A stretch of 64,000 bases of DNA from assembly GCA_963664405.1 (NCBI GenBank), contig OY761158.1, forward strand, positions 4,576,001 through 4,640,000, read 5' to 3'. The position numbers and the translations under genes are program-made. Of the stretch, positions 63,279 to 64,000 are shown one piece after another. Source of the stretch: Thermoanaerobaculia bacterium (GTDB taxonomy: Bacteria; Acidobacteriota; Thermoanaerobaculia; Multivoradales; Multivoraceae). Under the pieces are notes generated by a model. It did no database searches and had not been told where the DNA came from. It was given only the letters and a program-made list of their open reading frames with translations. Position 1 is the stretch's first letter. Each line of letters starts with the position of its first letter.

Positions 63279-64000
63279 GGCGGATTCAACTGGTCGTCGC
63301 AACATCTCGTGATGGAGGTGTTTCGATGGGAGTTGGCAAGTGTCAGGGTGCGATTCGAGCGATGCGTGGCCAGATGCGGTCACCTGGCCGGCCCTCGACA
63401 GCGCGGCGCGAGGACCGGATCCGGTTCTGGGAGACGATCGCTCGTGGGGCGTCCAGCGAGGACGCCGCAACAGAGGCTGGGGTGTCGCCGGCTGTCGGGT
63501 CGAGATGGTTCAGGCAAGCTGGTGGAATGCGACCTATCTCGTTGGCTCCGGTGTCGGGGCGTTATCTGTCGTTCGCCGAGCGTGAAGAGATCGCCATCCT
63601 TCACGCTCAGCATGTTGGGGTACGTGAGATCGCTCGCCGCCTGGGTCGTTCACCGTCGACGATTTCGCGGGAGCTGCGCCGCAACGCGGCGACTCGCAGC
63701 CGTGCCGTAACTTATCGGGCCACGACTGCGCAGTGGCACGCGGAGCGGCGCGCCAGCCGTCCGAAGGTCTCCAAGCTTGCCGCGAACGATGCCTTGCGTG
63801 AGTACGTGCAGAACCGCCTCGCCGGCGTGATCGCAAGGCCTGACGGGGAGCTGGTGCCGGGTCCGGATGTGCGTTGGATCGGCCGTCGGCACGGCCGTCG
63901 CCAGGATCGGCGTTGGGCGAAATCCTGGAGTCCGGAGCAGATCTCGAACCGGCTTCGGATTGATTTCCCCCATAATGAGTCGATGCGGATCTCTCACGAG
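63279..64000 (+). mobile_element. IS30-family insertion sequence (left end and transposase N-terminus)
   Basis: Left end approx. GGCGGATTCAACTGGTCGTCGCAACA; MRSPGRP...RYLSFAEREEI...IARRLGRSPSTISRELRRN...WSPEQISNRL...MRISHE. Confidence 0.92.

Overview
High-GC bacterial window. The gene repertoire and style suggest Acidobacteriota (Thermoanaerobaculia-like), which is an inference. The left third is core metabolism: a DnaJ-TPR/PP2C/gcvP cluster, citramalate synthase, a SNF2 helicase, and an ilvE-ilvB-ilvN-ilvC-leuA-leuC-leuD-leuB operon lacking ilvD. That operon has a clear sigma70 promoter, a Leu/Val/Ile leader peptide, an antiterminator and a terminator. The best candidate for an undescribed system lies at 21.9-29.5 kb on the minus strand. 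It combines an NTT/TLC-type ATP/ADP-translocase-like transporter fused to HEAT repeats, a free-standing cNMP-binding protein, an M23 peptidase, and a signal-peptide-bearing protein joining a calcineurin-like phosphatase to a PI3/4-kinase-like domain (plus a collapsed second copy). Together these suggest ATP-export-fuelled extracytoplasmic phosphorylation. The right half is accessory and eroded. It holds four ~160-bp hairpin elements (TA-flanked, in two covarying subfamilies), a nitronate monooxygenase split by a 6-kb mosaic of gene fragments, and several internally deleted pseudogenes. It also has an orphan NorQ/NorD-type chaperone pair and a heme-c/copper monooxygenase fused in frame to an IS30 transposase. 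No rRNA, tRNA or CRISPR array was seen. All calls come from manual motif reading, with no database searches.
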